Of a stretch of DNA of 64,000 nucleotides, positions 35,926-46,205 are shown in pieces. Origin of the DNA: Epithemia pelagica (lineage: Eukaryota; Protista; Bacillariophyta); assembly GCA_946965045.2 (NCBI GenBank), contig OX337229.1, positions 248,001-312,000 of the forward strand, given 5' to 3'. Made by a program: the position numbers and the translations under genes. Numbering within the stretch: the stretch's first letter is position 1; each line of letters opens with the position of its first letter. Below the pieces are notes generated by a model. It was not told the origin of the DNA. It ran no database searches and worked only from the letters and a program-made list of their open reading frames with translations.

Positions 35926-37920
35926 ATGATGGCTGACAACTTTTTCACCATCCAAAATATTACAAAAGACAATCAAAGACCCAAGGGCTTCAGTGAAAGA
36001 GTGGAGCGATGTGTATACCGGAAGAAACAGATTGACGCCATCGTGGAGTTGCTGTTTGAAGCGGAAACCAAACGTCACATTCCTGGAGTTTACATGTCTG
36101 GTCCTGCAGGGGTGGGAAAGAGTGTTCTGGCTTACATGATTGCGCAGATCTTCAAGTTTGAGAAGGGATGGTTGACGATTTACGTTTCGGACTGTCGGTA
36201 TTGGAGTCCACTAGAAACTGTGGAAGCCAAGGCTTTCTTTTTGGATCGTGTTCGAGAGGCGCTCGACGGCTACAAGCAAAACCCTTCAGTCTTTGATAGA
36301 ATTCGAGGAGAAATTTGCGAGAACAATAATGACACAAGTTCTGAACCGGACTACTGGAAAAAGGCTGCGGCAATCGGAGGCATGAAAGAAAAAATCACGG
36401 TTCTCTATAGAAAAACCATCAGTCTCCTTGCTAACCAGGATCAAGAAAGTGTACTGTTCGTGTGCGATGAAGTCAACGTTCTGTGGAACAAAGAAAATCA
36501 GTTCCAGAAGGCTCCATGGAACTTAACAAATTTCCAGCCAACAAGGATACGAAGAGGTGCCCTACTTCTGACGGGAACAACAGACGAGTTTGTTTCGTCT
36601 ATTCCAAACGGCCTCGAGCGTCATGTTGCTCTGGTTGCGAAGTGGGAGAACGAGGAGATTGAGTTGATGAAACTTTTACCCGAAAGCAAGATTTTAAATG
36701 ATATTGCGCAACTAGACACGGACTCCTGGGATGCGCTTGTCGACGCCGCCGGAAACATACCCCGTGAGCTGCGGCACTACGTCGCGGACAACAAATCCAC
36801 CTCACTATCCAAACGGGTCAGAGACTGTGTGGAAGACGCTGAAGAGCATGTAGACAAGAAAACGAGAATGGAAATCCTCTCGGAAATCGAGAAGAGCATT
36901 TCGGTGTGGCGACAGAACAACATAGTTCGTCACACTCGCATGCTCGAGAAGGTCCTAACTAGTGATCAGAATGTCAATCTGTTCCAAGACCGTCTTTTTG
37001 AAACTTGCAAGTTTATCTTTTTGGAAGGGCGTGCTGCTCTGTCGAGTTTTTCTGTCCTACGAGTACCAAACTTTGTCATAACGGAAGAAAATTGTATCTA
37101 CCCAACAACCATCGATGCACAAATTGTGTACTTCAAGTGGTTCCGTGGTGAGGAAGAAAAGCGGACTGCGAACAATCGAATTTCTTGTGTGGCGACTTTG
37201 CTTGACCACTTCCTCTTCAAGGCCATCTCAGGCGGTGAGAGGGGAAACTCCTTTGAAAAGTATTTGGCCGCTAAGTTGGCTATGCAGGGGAAGGGCGCCT
37301 TCAATTTTGCGTATACTCAGCTTGCTACTGAGCAGCAAGTCAGAATGACACTACGGGTCGACCATCTACTATACGCAAGGGCTGACAGCCCTCCAAAAAT
37401 CTTTCAGCTCTACCCCGATTTTTCACTGCTTACCCATCCTGGCATTGAAGGGGGAGAGGCTCGAATCGATTTGATTCACTACACAAAAAACCGTGTGACT
37501 TTCATTGAAGCAACAGATGGTAACTATAGGGCTTCAAAGATCCCGCAGCTGGACGACAACCAGCAGAGAGGAACACTCATTTTGAATACAATACGTAAGT
37601 GGCTCGGTTGGGATGTTTTTGAAGTGAACATTGTGTCCACACCAGCGGCGGGGCAGCACCAGAATTCAGGGCAGAAGCAACTCGTTGTTACGTATCGGGC
37701 CGAGAGGTCGAATCGTACGCGGCCTAATCCACCAAGTGTGCAATACATTATTGTCACCACCTGTCCGAAGACCGTAAAACTCCAGGGAGACCGGGCATGC
37801 AAATACAATTGGATTGACGTTTGCTACCTTGACGATCTTATTGATTCTGGTATCTTCGAAGAGAATCACAGAAAGGAGATTCTTGCAAAGCAAGAGGTTG
37901 ATGCTGGGTACATATCATAA
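35926..37920 (+). CDS. Crinkler/RHS-type (CR) P-loop NTPase + PD-(D/E)xK restriction-endonuclease-fold protein, 664 aa, intronless
   Basis: Walker A GPAGVGKS, Walker B LFVCDE, AAGNIPREL helical motif, RGNSFEKYL helix, RIDLIHY...VTFIEAT nuclease core. No N-terminal header domain (in-frame stop at 35908). Family call from motif recall. Confidence 0.7.
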   Translation: MMADNFFTIQNITKDNQRPKGFSERVERCVYRKKQIDAIVELLFEAETKRHIPGVYMSGPAGVGKSVLAYMIAQIFKFEKGWLTIYVSDCRYWSPLETVEAKAFFLDRVREALDGYKQNPSVFDRIRGEICENNNDTSSEPDYWKKAAAIGGMKEKITVLYRKTISLLANQDQESVLFVCDEVNVLWNKENQFQKAPWNLTNFQPTRIRRGALLLTGTTDEFVSSIPNGLERHVALVAKWENEEIELMKLLPESKILNDIAQLDTDSWDALVDAAGNIPRELRHYVADNKSTSLSKRVRDCVEDAEEHVDKKTRMEILSEIEKSISVWRQNNIVRHTRMLEKVLTSDQNVNLFQDRLFETCKFIFLEGRAALSSFSVLRVPNFVITEENCIYPTTIDAQIVYFKWFRGEEEKRTANNRISCVATLLDHFLFKAISGGERGNSFEKYLAAKLAMQGKGAFNFAYTQLATEQQVRMTLRVDHLLYARADSPPKIFQLYPDFSLLTHPGIEGGEARIDLIHYTKNRVTFIEATDGNYRASKIPQLDDNQQRGTLILNTIRKWLGWDVFEVNIVSTPAAGQHQNSGQKQLVVTYRAERSNRTRPNPPSVQYIIVTTCPKTVKLQGDRACKYNWIDVCYLDDLIDSGIFEENHRKEILAKQEVDAGYIS

Positions 37921-37940
37921 TTTCCTAGATTGGCCGAGAG

Positions 37941-38233
37941 ATCCATGGACGACGAATATTCCAGCTCGGAACCGATCCGGCAATGACAGTATAGTGTCTT
38001 TGACTGCTAGAATGCTTGTTTGGGTTTGGGGTGATCCATGCGCATCTTATCGTTTCTAGAAGAGCAAGAAACCGTGGCTATTGGAATACTACGATTCCGT
38101 TATTCTCCGAAGGTTATTCTCCTACTCCTAGGAGTAGGAGTACTCCTTTACGGTTACTATTGCCTACGGGTAGGCGTAGAATAGCTAGCAAAACTCCGAA
38201 TAGGATAGAGGAGTCGTGGTCACGGATTCGATC
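37941..38233. repeat. Right direct repeat
   Basis: Copy of 35510-35771 (offset 2431 at the start), with ~30 extra bp that include a perfect 22-bp palindrome at 38119-38140. Confidence 0.95.
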
Positions 38234-39258
38234 ACGCACAAGCAGTTTTGTGTGGTGTGAGATTTTGCATCTCTCGCATTCCTGCTCCGACATGATGAAG
38301 GTTGACGAACCATGAACCTGTTCCGGCGACCCCAACATTTCCTGTGCAACACAATTAGGACGATGCCGCCCGCATTCTGTTTTGATGGGTCGCCATAAAA
38401 ACAAAAACAGCACAACAGTAACAGCAGTACCACACAACGAGATATCGAATCCGTCTCCATACACACCGCAAACGACGAGAATCCACCCTTGTTCCAAGAG
38501 ACCGCTCATTCCTGCCACTTCCTTCGATCCAAAAGAACAAAGAAGACCTCATATACATTGATTCCATCATGAAAGATCAATTTGAAGGACTCTTGAACCT
38601 CTATTCAGCAGCATCTTCAACCAAATCCATGGTTCACTCCAAACAACAAGACGACGACCACGGATTGTCTCCACCATCCGTCGCGCTGCGTTCCCACCAG
38701 CATGTCATGCTCCAGCACAACACTACGTCTCGCAACTATCATCTCCAAACGGCAAACATTTTTGAAAACCAGATACAATCCGACACGGATACGCTCAACC
38801 ACGTTTACTGCCAAACCATGATCCCCAAACCCGAGTTTTGTCAGCAACAATGACTTGTTGTTGTAAATCGAGAGGTGTGGGGAGTGTAATAGAGGGGAAG
38901 TTTGCACGTTCCATTCTTACAAATCTAGTTTATACAGCTCGGTAGATGTGCAACATGAATCAATCGAAAGTGTTTGCTTGCTTCCGTATCATAGGACTTG
39001 TTACCTTTTTTATCGAGCCTTGAATCGTTCTGGAACAAACACTTGCGGTCCCAATGGAATAAGAGCTTCTCGATTCGTCAAGGGTTGTCTCAAGGCAGGA
39101 CTAGGTTCCGAAAGACTCTTCTCGGAGAATATAATGTCTTTATGTGAAAGCGCTGTGTCGACATTCTTAAAAAGTGAGCAACTGCTGTTGTCGAGATGCA
39201 TGCTTGACCAGAAGTGTCACACACTGGATGAAAGCATCTCTTATCCGTGCACTCCTTT

Positions 39259-40809
39259 TTACCATGACTCGTGAATGGTATCGTCCAGTAGTTTGGCCGA
39301 TGGGGTACTTATTGTTTGTTGGCCGACAACGGCCCGTTCCAAGAGGGCCCGTTCCTCCTCGTTCAAGGAGGCAAAATCACCCGGTCCCTCCAACCCCGAC
39401 AAGTCAATGCCCAAAAAGTGGGTCCGATGCAATTCCACGACACGATATCCCAAGGTTTGCATCATGACCCGAATTTGACGATTCCGACCTTCTCGTAAGG
39501 TCATTTCGACCCAGTGTTGTTGATGTGGATCCGAACAATAAGGAATACGTCGCACCCGACAGGGCAAGGTGGGTGCCGTCCGTGGTACATGTTTGCCTTG
39601 ACGGACGGTATCCGTCGTAATGACAATGCCCTGACGCAAGCGTTGCAAATCGGCGTTGGAAATGGGACGATGGACTCGGACCTGATAGACTTTGGGATGC
39701 TTGCCCTGTTTGCGGAGGACCGCATTGGGAATGCGACCATCCGAGGTCAAGAGTAACAAGCCCGAGGAATCCTTATCCAAACGACCCACGGAAAATATAC
39801 GATGCTGCCAACCGGTATCGTGCTGGTTGGAAGAGTGTTTTACTCGTTGTCGTTTCTTTTTCTTGTCGACCTGTTCTTCCAGGGCTTGCAACAAATTGTT
39901 GGCCACAAGGCGATCAGTGGTGCTGACAACGCCTACAGGTTTCCAAAATTTGAGATAATCCTCTTGTGTTGGTTGTAGTAATGGCGAGGATGATGAAGAA
40001 GACGACGACGACGAAATGGACTCGTCCGGCGGCTGGTCCTTGTAGTAGTTGTTGTTGTTGTTGTGTTTGGATAGCAGGTGATTGGGTTGCGAGTCCTGCT
40101 CGGAGTAATATTGTCGAGCTTCCCAATTGGAGTAGACGGTTCCATCCAAGGATACGATATCGCAATAGGGTACAACACGACGGCCCATGTCGTGTACCGT
40201 CGTCCCATTAATGGCAACTCGACCTTCGGCAATCAATTGATCTGCTTGACGACGACTGTGCGTGGCACGAAACACCTTGTTGAGTCGAATGCCATTGGTT
40301 GCAGCAGCAGTAGCAGCAGCATCCGAGGATAAGGATCTGACTGGCGGGAAAGATGGAGGGGAGGCAGGGATTGTGGTTTGTGTCCGAACAGACTCTTCGA
40401 GTTGAACTGTGGGTTGGCTGACAGTTGGTCGCTTTCTCAAGGCACTTGGTCCTTTCGCTCGGTTCGTCCTGTTCGTAGTGTTGCTGTTTCGAGCTTTTCC
40501 AGTGCTTCTTGGTCGTGTGGACCACAAGGAGGATTGTTGTTGGTGATGCGTGATGAGTACGGTTGGGTTGGGTCGCTGCAAGGTAGTTGTAGTATGGATT
40601 GCTTCGACTCGTATCCTTTGGTCCATGAGAGAGCAGGGTGTAAATGCCCATACAGCGGCTCTACTACCATCCTGGAAAGGAATGAATGTTCCAAATCCTC
40701 CAACCAAAAATACGAGGGTGACCCTCCACCAGAAGGACGAGATCAACCACCGCAATAACCGCAACGATGACACGATCTTTCGGCCATGATGAATGGTATT
40801 CATTCTCAT
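39259..40809 (-). CDS. RsuA/RluE/RluF-family 23S/16S rRNA pseudouridine synthase, probably plastid-targeted
   Basis: S4 domain (IRLNKVFRATHSRRQADQLIAEGRVAING), KFWKPVGVVST, catalytic VGRLDKDSSGLLLLT, HPKVYQVRV, LREGRNRQIRVM. Hydrophobic signal followed by VWA-FTP, resembling the ASAFAP motif. Confidence 0.93.
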   Translation of the reverse strand: MRMNTIHHGRKIVSSLRLLRWLISSFWWRVTLVFLVGGFGTFIPFQDGSRAAVWAFTPCSLMDQRIRVEAIHTTTTLQRPNPTVLITHHQQQSSLWSTRPRSTGKARNSNTTNRTNRAKGPSALRKRPTVSQPTVQLEESVRTQTTIPASPPSFPPVRSLSSDAAATAAATNGIRLNKVFRATHSRRQADQLIAEGRVAINGTTVHDMGRRVVPYCDIVSLDGTVYSNWEARQYYSEQDSQPNHLLSKHNNNNNYYKDQPPDESISSSSSSSSSSPLLQPTQEDYLKFWKPVGVVSTTDRLVANNLLQALEEQVDKKKKRQRVKHSSNQHDTGWQHRIFSVGRLDKDSSGLLLLTSDGRIPNAVLRKQGKHPKVYQVRVHRPISNADLQRLRQGIVITTDTVRQGKHVPRTAPTLPCRVRRIPYCSDPHQQHWVEMTLREGRNRQIRVMMQTLGYRVVELHRTHFLGIDLSGLEGPGDFASLNEEERALLERAVVGQQTISTPSAKLLDDTIHESW

Positions 40810-41302
40810 TTTGTGGCGATGGTTTCTCGGTTTTTCCGTTCTTTTGCTGTTGCTTGCTCGAAGTGGGGTGATATTGGAAGGGTGTACGGAAGTATTCTGG
40901 TTCTTGGAGGATGGGATGCCGTCTTTGTCGTTCTAAAGAAACAAGCAGCTTCATTGCGATGATGGGGTCGGATGGATGGAGGGGGAGAAAACGCTGATTT
41001 ATTAGCTTTTCGGTCGCTTGCCGATCGCTCTATTGCGGAAGCAAGTTTTCTCGATTTTCTTTGACCACATTCATGACGACGGACGATGGACAATGACGAA
41101 AGATGGGAATGGTGCCGAAGGATGACACAAACGTATAATATCCACACAACCTACAAGCTTTCTGGCTTTGGTGATGGATCAGCAGTGCTTCGGAGACAAA
41201 ACCCATTCTCTATATTATATATAGGTCTGATCATATGGAGTCGTATCCTTCTTTCACTCTGTCGCCTTCGAATCATCGTTATTAATATCATCATCCTCCT
41301 CT

Positions 41303-44191
41303 TTATCCATTCATGTGTTGGGCCAACTTCTTGTTGTTTTCCTTCTTGGTATGCATCTTAAAGTCCATGATATCCCCCTCGTATCGTTTCACAGTTTTGT
41401 GATTGCAAATGTAAATTTGATCGGCGCATTGCGAAATGAGTCGCATATCGTGCGAAATCATCAACACACCACCCTGAAAGGCCTTGATGCATCGAGCCAA
41501 GGCATCAATCGAGGGAATATCCAAGGGATTGGTCGGTTCATCCAACATGAGTAAGTGGGGACGTTCGTAGGCAATCATGGCAAAGACAATACGAGCCTTT
41601 TGACCGGCCGACAATTGACCCATGACTTGATTTTGTTGCATGCCCGTACAACCATAACGACCGAGTAAGGGACGAATCTTTTCGACTGGTTCTTGTGGCA
41701 TGAGCTTTTGTTTGAAATAGTCCAACGGGGTCATGGTCAAGTCCAACTTTTCTTCAAAGTGTTGCGTAAATCGACTAATCCGTAAATGCTGGTTCCGTTT
41801 AATCTGACCCTTGGTTGGAATCAAAGCGCCCGTCATGAGTTTAATCAAGGTGGTCTTACTGTCATCGCCATGGTCATGGTTGCACACACGACCACCAAGC
41901 AAACCGAGAATACCAAATCATGCCAACAAACACACCACACAGAGAGAGAGAGAGCAACGACCAGGAGAACAGCATGACAAACGAGAAATGACAAGAGTTA
42001 GAGATGCGTACTCTTTTTCTCACGTGTCGTCATGTGTATTCGTTGCCATGGCTTTGGCCTCACGTACCCAGCTCCATTGGGACCCACGAGGGCTACTCGC
42101 GTTTGCAAGTCGACTCCAAAATCCACGGCACTGTACAATTCGGGGCCACCGGGATACTGAAACGAGACGTTTTCCACTGCCAATACGGGAACGGGAAGTT
42201 GACCCGCATCGGGAAAGGACCTTTGGGAATACAATAAGGCATACACAAACGCAACACAAGTGGAACGGCACGACAGTGCGACAGAGCGTCCAATTCAACA
42301 CGAACCACAGGAGAAGAATATACGATGAGTCATTGTACAATTAGATAGGCGCGCAGCGACAAAACGCCATTGTCGTCACAGTTCGTTTGGACGTACCAAT
42401 CCCATTCGGGGTCCACGTCAGGTTTGTTGGTCAAGCCTGCTTCCAATTTCTTTTGCAACAACTTTTCTCGGGCTTGCGATTGTCGCACCATTTTCACCGT
42501 ACCATGTCCAAAGCGGGCAATAAAGTCCTTGATTTCGGCAATGTCTCGTTGTTCGGCTTCGTATTGTCGCATCTGGACCATGTCCTTGTCGCGGCGCAAT
42601 TGCACGTACATGTCGTAATTGCCGGTATAGTAATGCAATTTCCGGTACGTCATGTCCAAGCGGACAATGTGGGTACACACATTGTTCATAAAGTCCTGCG
42701 AATGACACACAAAGAACAAAATCTTGTTCCAACCAGACAAGAAATCTTCCAACCACAAGACGGCATCCATATCCAAATGATTGGTGGGTTCGTCCAGTCT
42801 TTGTTAGTTGCACCAGGAGAGAGATTGCATGTCGAAAGAGCGGCAAAAGTTCAAACAGAAAAGCGAGCCACAAAGCAGGTTCTGATGAGAGATGCCACGT
42901 TTCGAACCAGATCCAAACAAACGAAACAGCAATAACAACACACAAGCACACGTACAATAAAAACTCGGGTTGAATAAAGAGTGCGCGTGCCAAGGCGACG
43001 CGCATTCGCCATCCTCCCGAAAACTCTTGGGTGGTCATTTTTTGCATGGTGGGGGTGAATCCCAATCCAAACAAAATGGACGTGGCTCGTGATTCGGCCG
43101 TGGCGGCATCCAATTGATCCAATCGACTGTAAATGCCTTCGAGGGCGGTTTGAATGTCGGCCTGGGCCTGTTCGTCATTGTCGGCATTGGCCATGGCCTG
43201 ATTCAAGGCTTCGGCCTTGGCTTCCAATTGCGCCACCTCGTCGTTGGATTCCATAACGGCCTCCAAGGCGGTAATGTCCGACCGGGCCGGGTATTCGGAA
43301 TCCAAAAAGTAAATGTCCAAGGACTCGGGAATGGGAATGGCCCGAGCCGCAATGGCTTTCATAATCGTACTCTTGCCACTGCAAAACAGACATACATATA
43401 GGGACACGAGTGAAACAAGGGTTTGGTGACCAAAAATGGTTTGATACAATCGCAACGAAAAAGAAAAACGAGAGTGAGACACCATCGAGAGGGTGACGGC
43501 CGATCGATGGACAAATCGTTCCACGAGCCGTACGTTGACCATATCCCTTCTTCGATCGTTGCGTCGGTTGGTCCAGACGCTTTTCTGCCTTTTCCCCCGT
43601 CTATATCCAGCAGTAGACAAACGTCTCTAATACGTACCTGCCATTGGGGCCAATAAATCCATAGCGATTGCCATAGTTAATGACCAAATCCGTTTCTTCA
43701 ATCAAGGGTTTGCCATGAAAGGTGACGGTGACGCCACTGACATTGATATCGCGGGTATTGGCATGCAATTTGCCCTTTTTGGATTCGTACGTGACACCAA
43801 TATTCATGTCGGACAATTGTTGCAACAAGGCATCGTGTGCATTGTCCTGGTCCGAGTCTCCAGTGGACGACGGAGGATGATCCTTGCCATGACCATTGGT
43901 CGTTGCACCATTGCTGCTGCCATTCGTGGCGGCAGCAGCTGCGTCGTCCCCTCCCTTGGCCGACGCCTTGGCCTTTTTCTTGGCTTCCCGAGCCGCCTTG
44001 GCGGCCGCCTTTTTTTCTTCCTTGGTCATTTTTCGTTCAAACAATTCTTCTTCGCCCTTCCCCATGGCGGCCGCTCGAACGTCCAAGGCAGCATTGGCAC
44101 CCAAATCTTCCTTCCCATAGCCTTCGTCCAATTCCTTGTTGATGGCAAATTCCGCCGCCTTGGCCCGCTTCTCATTGAATCGTTTCGCCAT
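41303..44191 (-). CDS. ABCF2: ABC-F family ATPase (ABCF2/ARB1-like), 5 exons
   Basis: GPNG|[37 protein letters not shown]-like VCHSQDF, second NBD GPNGAG|[24 protein letters not shown]. Introns 43379-43637, 42799-42955, 42211-42396 and 41859-42067 restore the frame. Symbol is the best-matching subfamily by recall. Confidence 0.93.
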
Positions 44192-44728
44192 GATGATGAT
44201 TGCGTGTGTGTGTGTGTGCTTCAATTCTTGTAACAAATAGACGGATGGAAGACTCGAGAGTGGACGGAGAATCGGGTCGTAAGTTGGGTGTGTGATCTTC
44301 TGGATGGCTCTACAAGCAATCCGCTGTGCAATGTCTGCTACAATTGAAGCAAGAGACCCTTGTCGTGTGGTTGTAATAGGTGCTTGGTCCACTCAATAGA
44401 AACGGACAGAAGGACAATGTGATGATGATGATGACGATGCAACGTACCGAGTACAATGCCGTCCAAGTGTGTTGTTGGTGGTAGGAATCTCTCGACTCTC
44501 GGGTCGAGATGTCTCTTTTGGTTTTACGTGGATGTGCCGACGTGAGAAATGGATGGAGGCGAAAAAATGACGTGTGGGATGGCCAGTCGCACCACGGACC
44601 AAAGCGAGACCCCACTGCGACTGGAAAATCCCGCTATGTGAGTAGATAGACACCAACCTTCTTCTCCGCAGCAGCAAACGTTGGAGGTTGAGCCTTGCGA
44701 TCCGACTGGCACAAGAACAACTGCCATT

Positions 44729-46205
44729 ATGAGCGAAGCAAGTAGGGCAAAACGCAAGCGAGAAGAAGATAACCCATGCGACGGCGAGGTGGAGGAGATG
44801 GCAAAGAAACAGAAACTCTATCAAGAGCTTTGGAGCGAGGCACAGACACGGGGCTAGTGATCAAGTTTCTGTTTCTTTGCCATCTCCTCCACCCCGCCGT
44901 CGCCTGGGGGGTTGCTCACTAGTGAGATTCGTGGTGTCCTTGACGATATAAAAGATCTACATTGCAAAATATATACATTGCGCGAGAAAATAGAAATGGA
45001 TCGAATAAAAGCCGCATATGCAGTAAAAGATGAGGAACTGAAAGCAAAAAACGATGCAGCCCGAGACCTTCATCGAACATCCATCGAGCAAACATACCTT
45101 GATCCGAAGAAAAACTTTTGCCTTCCTCCTCTGATCTTAAACAATGCCGTAAAACCCAGTGTCTCGGGAAACAAATTCCAAAGGCCAAGATTGAGGTCCG
45201 TACAGAGCACTATGTGCATCCATCTCACGTTCGCATTCCCGTCCAAGCTAATAATGCACTGATTCCAAGTGTCTTGGGAGCCGAACGCTATTTCGAAACT
45301 CTTGGTTTCGAATACGCTAACGAATTCGGGTTGTGCGTGAGTATGATCAAAGATGCTTGCAGATGTTTAAAGCTACGTCAAGCTCGTGTGGCAACGGAGA
45401 TTTCAATTTTCTTAATGAAATCAGACATTGTCGTTGTCCTTCGAATCAAGGGAAAGATCATATTTGCCGTTGAAGTGAAGAGTCCGGATGCGCGATATGG
45501 AAACCACAACGATCAGGTCTTTACATCGGAGAACACCAGCGGCCAGATCTGGTCCTACTTGCTGGCAATGAGAAGCACAGGCATCCAGCAACCCCTTGGA
45601 GCGGTCATGACGTACAACAAGATTGCTCTCGCGTCATTGGAAAGCTTCGACAATGACGCTGCACATGCGAAAATTGTGAAAGATGTAGAGGAAACACTTT
45701 CTTCCAACGAAGCGCCGCCGGACAGAGTGCAACAAGTTGCTGAAAAGTGCGAAGACCAGATCACTAGCCCAATTCGCGAGAGCGTTACTGTCTCACACCT
45801 CTTGCAAGACGCCAATGACACTAAGAGGAAGGCTTCCGCAGAAGAAGATGTGGACCGAGTTGTTTACTACTCACAAGTTTTTGAGAATGACATGTCTTTC
45901 CTTTTCTTCTTCAAGCCATTGAAATGGCTTACCAAAAAGTTGAGTCCAATGTTGCTACTCAAATCCCAGACATTAGCCATGGTGAGTGTCTGGGAAATAG
46001 GGCTGTGTTCAAGATTGGCAAGGACTTCTACACTTGGGTCAATACACGTTCGTACACTATGATCAAGAAAGAGAAGATAGCGTTCACTGCCAATCTCCAG
46101 GATTTTCCGGATCCTTCGTCGCAGACATTCTACCTTTTGGGTGAACTGGGAGTTGGGAGCCATGCATCGGTGATTCTTGCCTGCAATTCCAGTTGTCGCG
46201 TTTGC
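44729..46205 (+). pseudogene. Decayed restriction-endonuclease-fold + truncated protein-kinase gene
   Basis: MSEASRAKRKRE start (44729), tandem stops at 44855-44860, single-base frameshifts near 45165 and 45890. Nuclease-like MKSDIVVVL...IFAVEVKSP...GQIWSYLLAM, then kinase Gly-loop LGELGVGSHASVILAC...RVC ending just before the beta-3 Lys. Confidence 0.65.
44773..44908. repeat. 51-bp inverted repeat with 34-nt loop (fold-back hairpin)
   Basis: The reverse complement of 44773-44823 matches 44858-44908 with 4 mismatches (29-bp perfect run gtttctgtttctttgccatctcctccacc). Confidence 0.95.

Larger units (their letters stand above)
35510..38233 (+). mobile_element. Candidate integrated single-gene nuclease cassette with a long target-site / att-like duplication
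   Basis: ORF sits between two direct repeats with only ~155 bp before the ATG and 20 bp after the stop. No TIR, LTR termini, poly(A) or transposase/RT seen. Confidence 0.55.

Noticed and set aside
35510-38233. Flanking direct repeats as LTRs of a retrotransposon
   Set aside because: No TG...CA termini, PBS/PPT, gag, RT or integrase; the repeat is the host gene's own 3' end.
38569-38853. 94-aa plus-strand ORF and adjacent 38948-39274 ORFs
   Set aside because: Short, no recognisable motif, no splice support; cannot be supported as genes.
43715-44233. Plus-strand ORFs over the ABCF and ABCC genes (also 28985-30081, 42387-42935)
   Set aside because: Antisense shadows of well-supported minus-strand genes.
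44729-46205. Frameshifts as general long-read consensus errors
   Set aside because: Multi-kb ORFs elsewhere in the window are error-free and this locus also has in-frame stops and a truncation; individual single-base events still need read confirmation.
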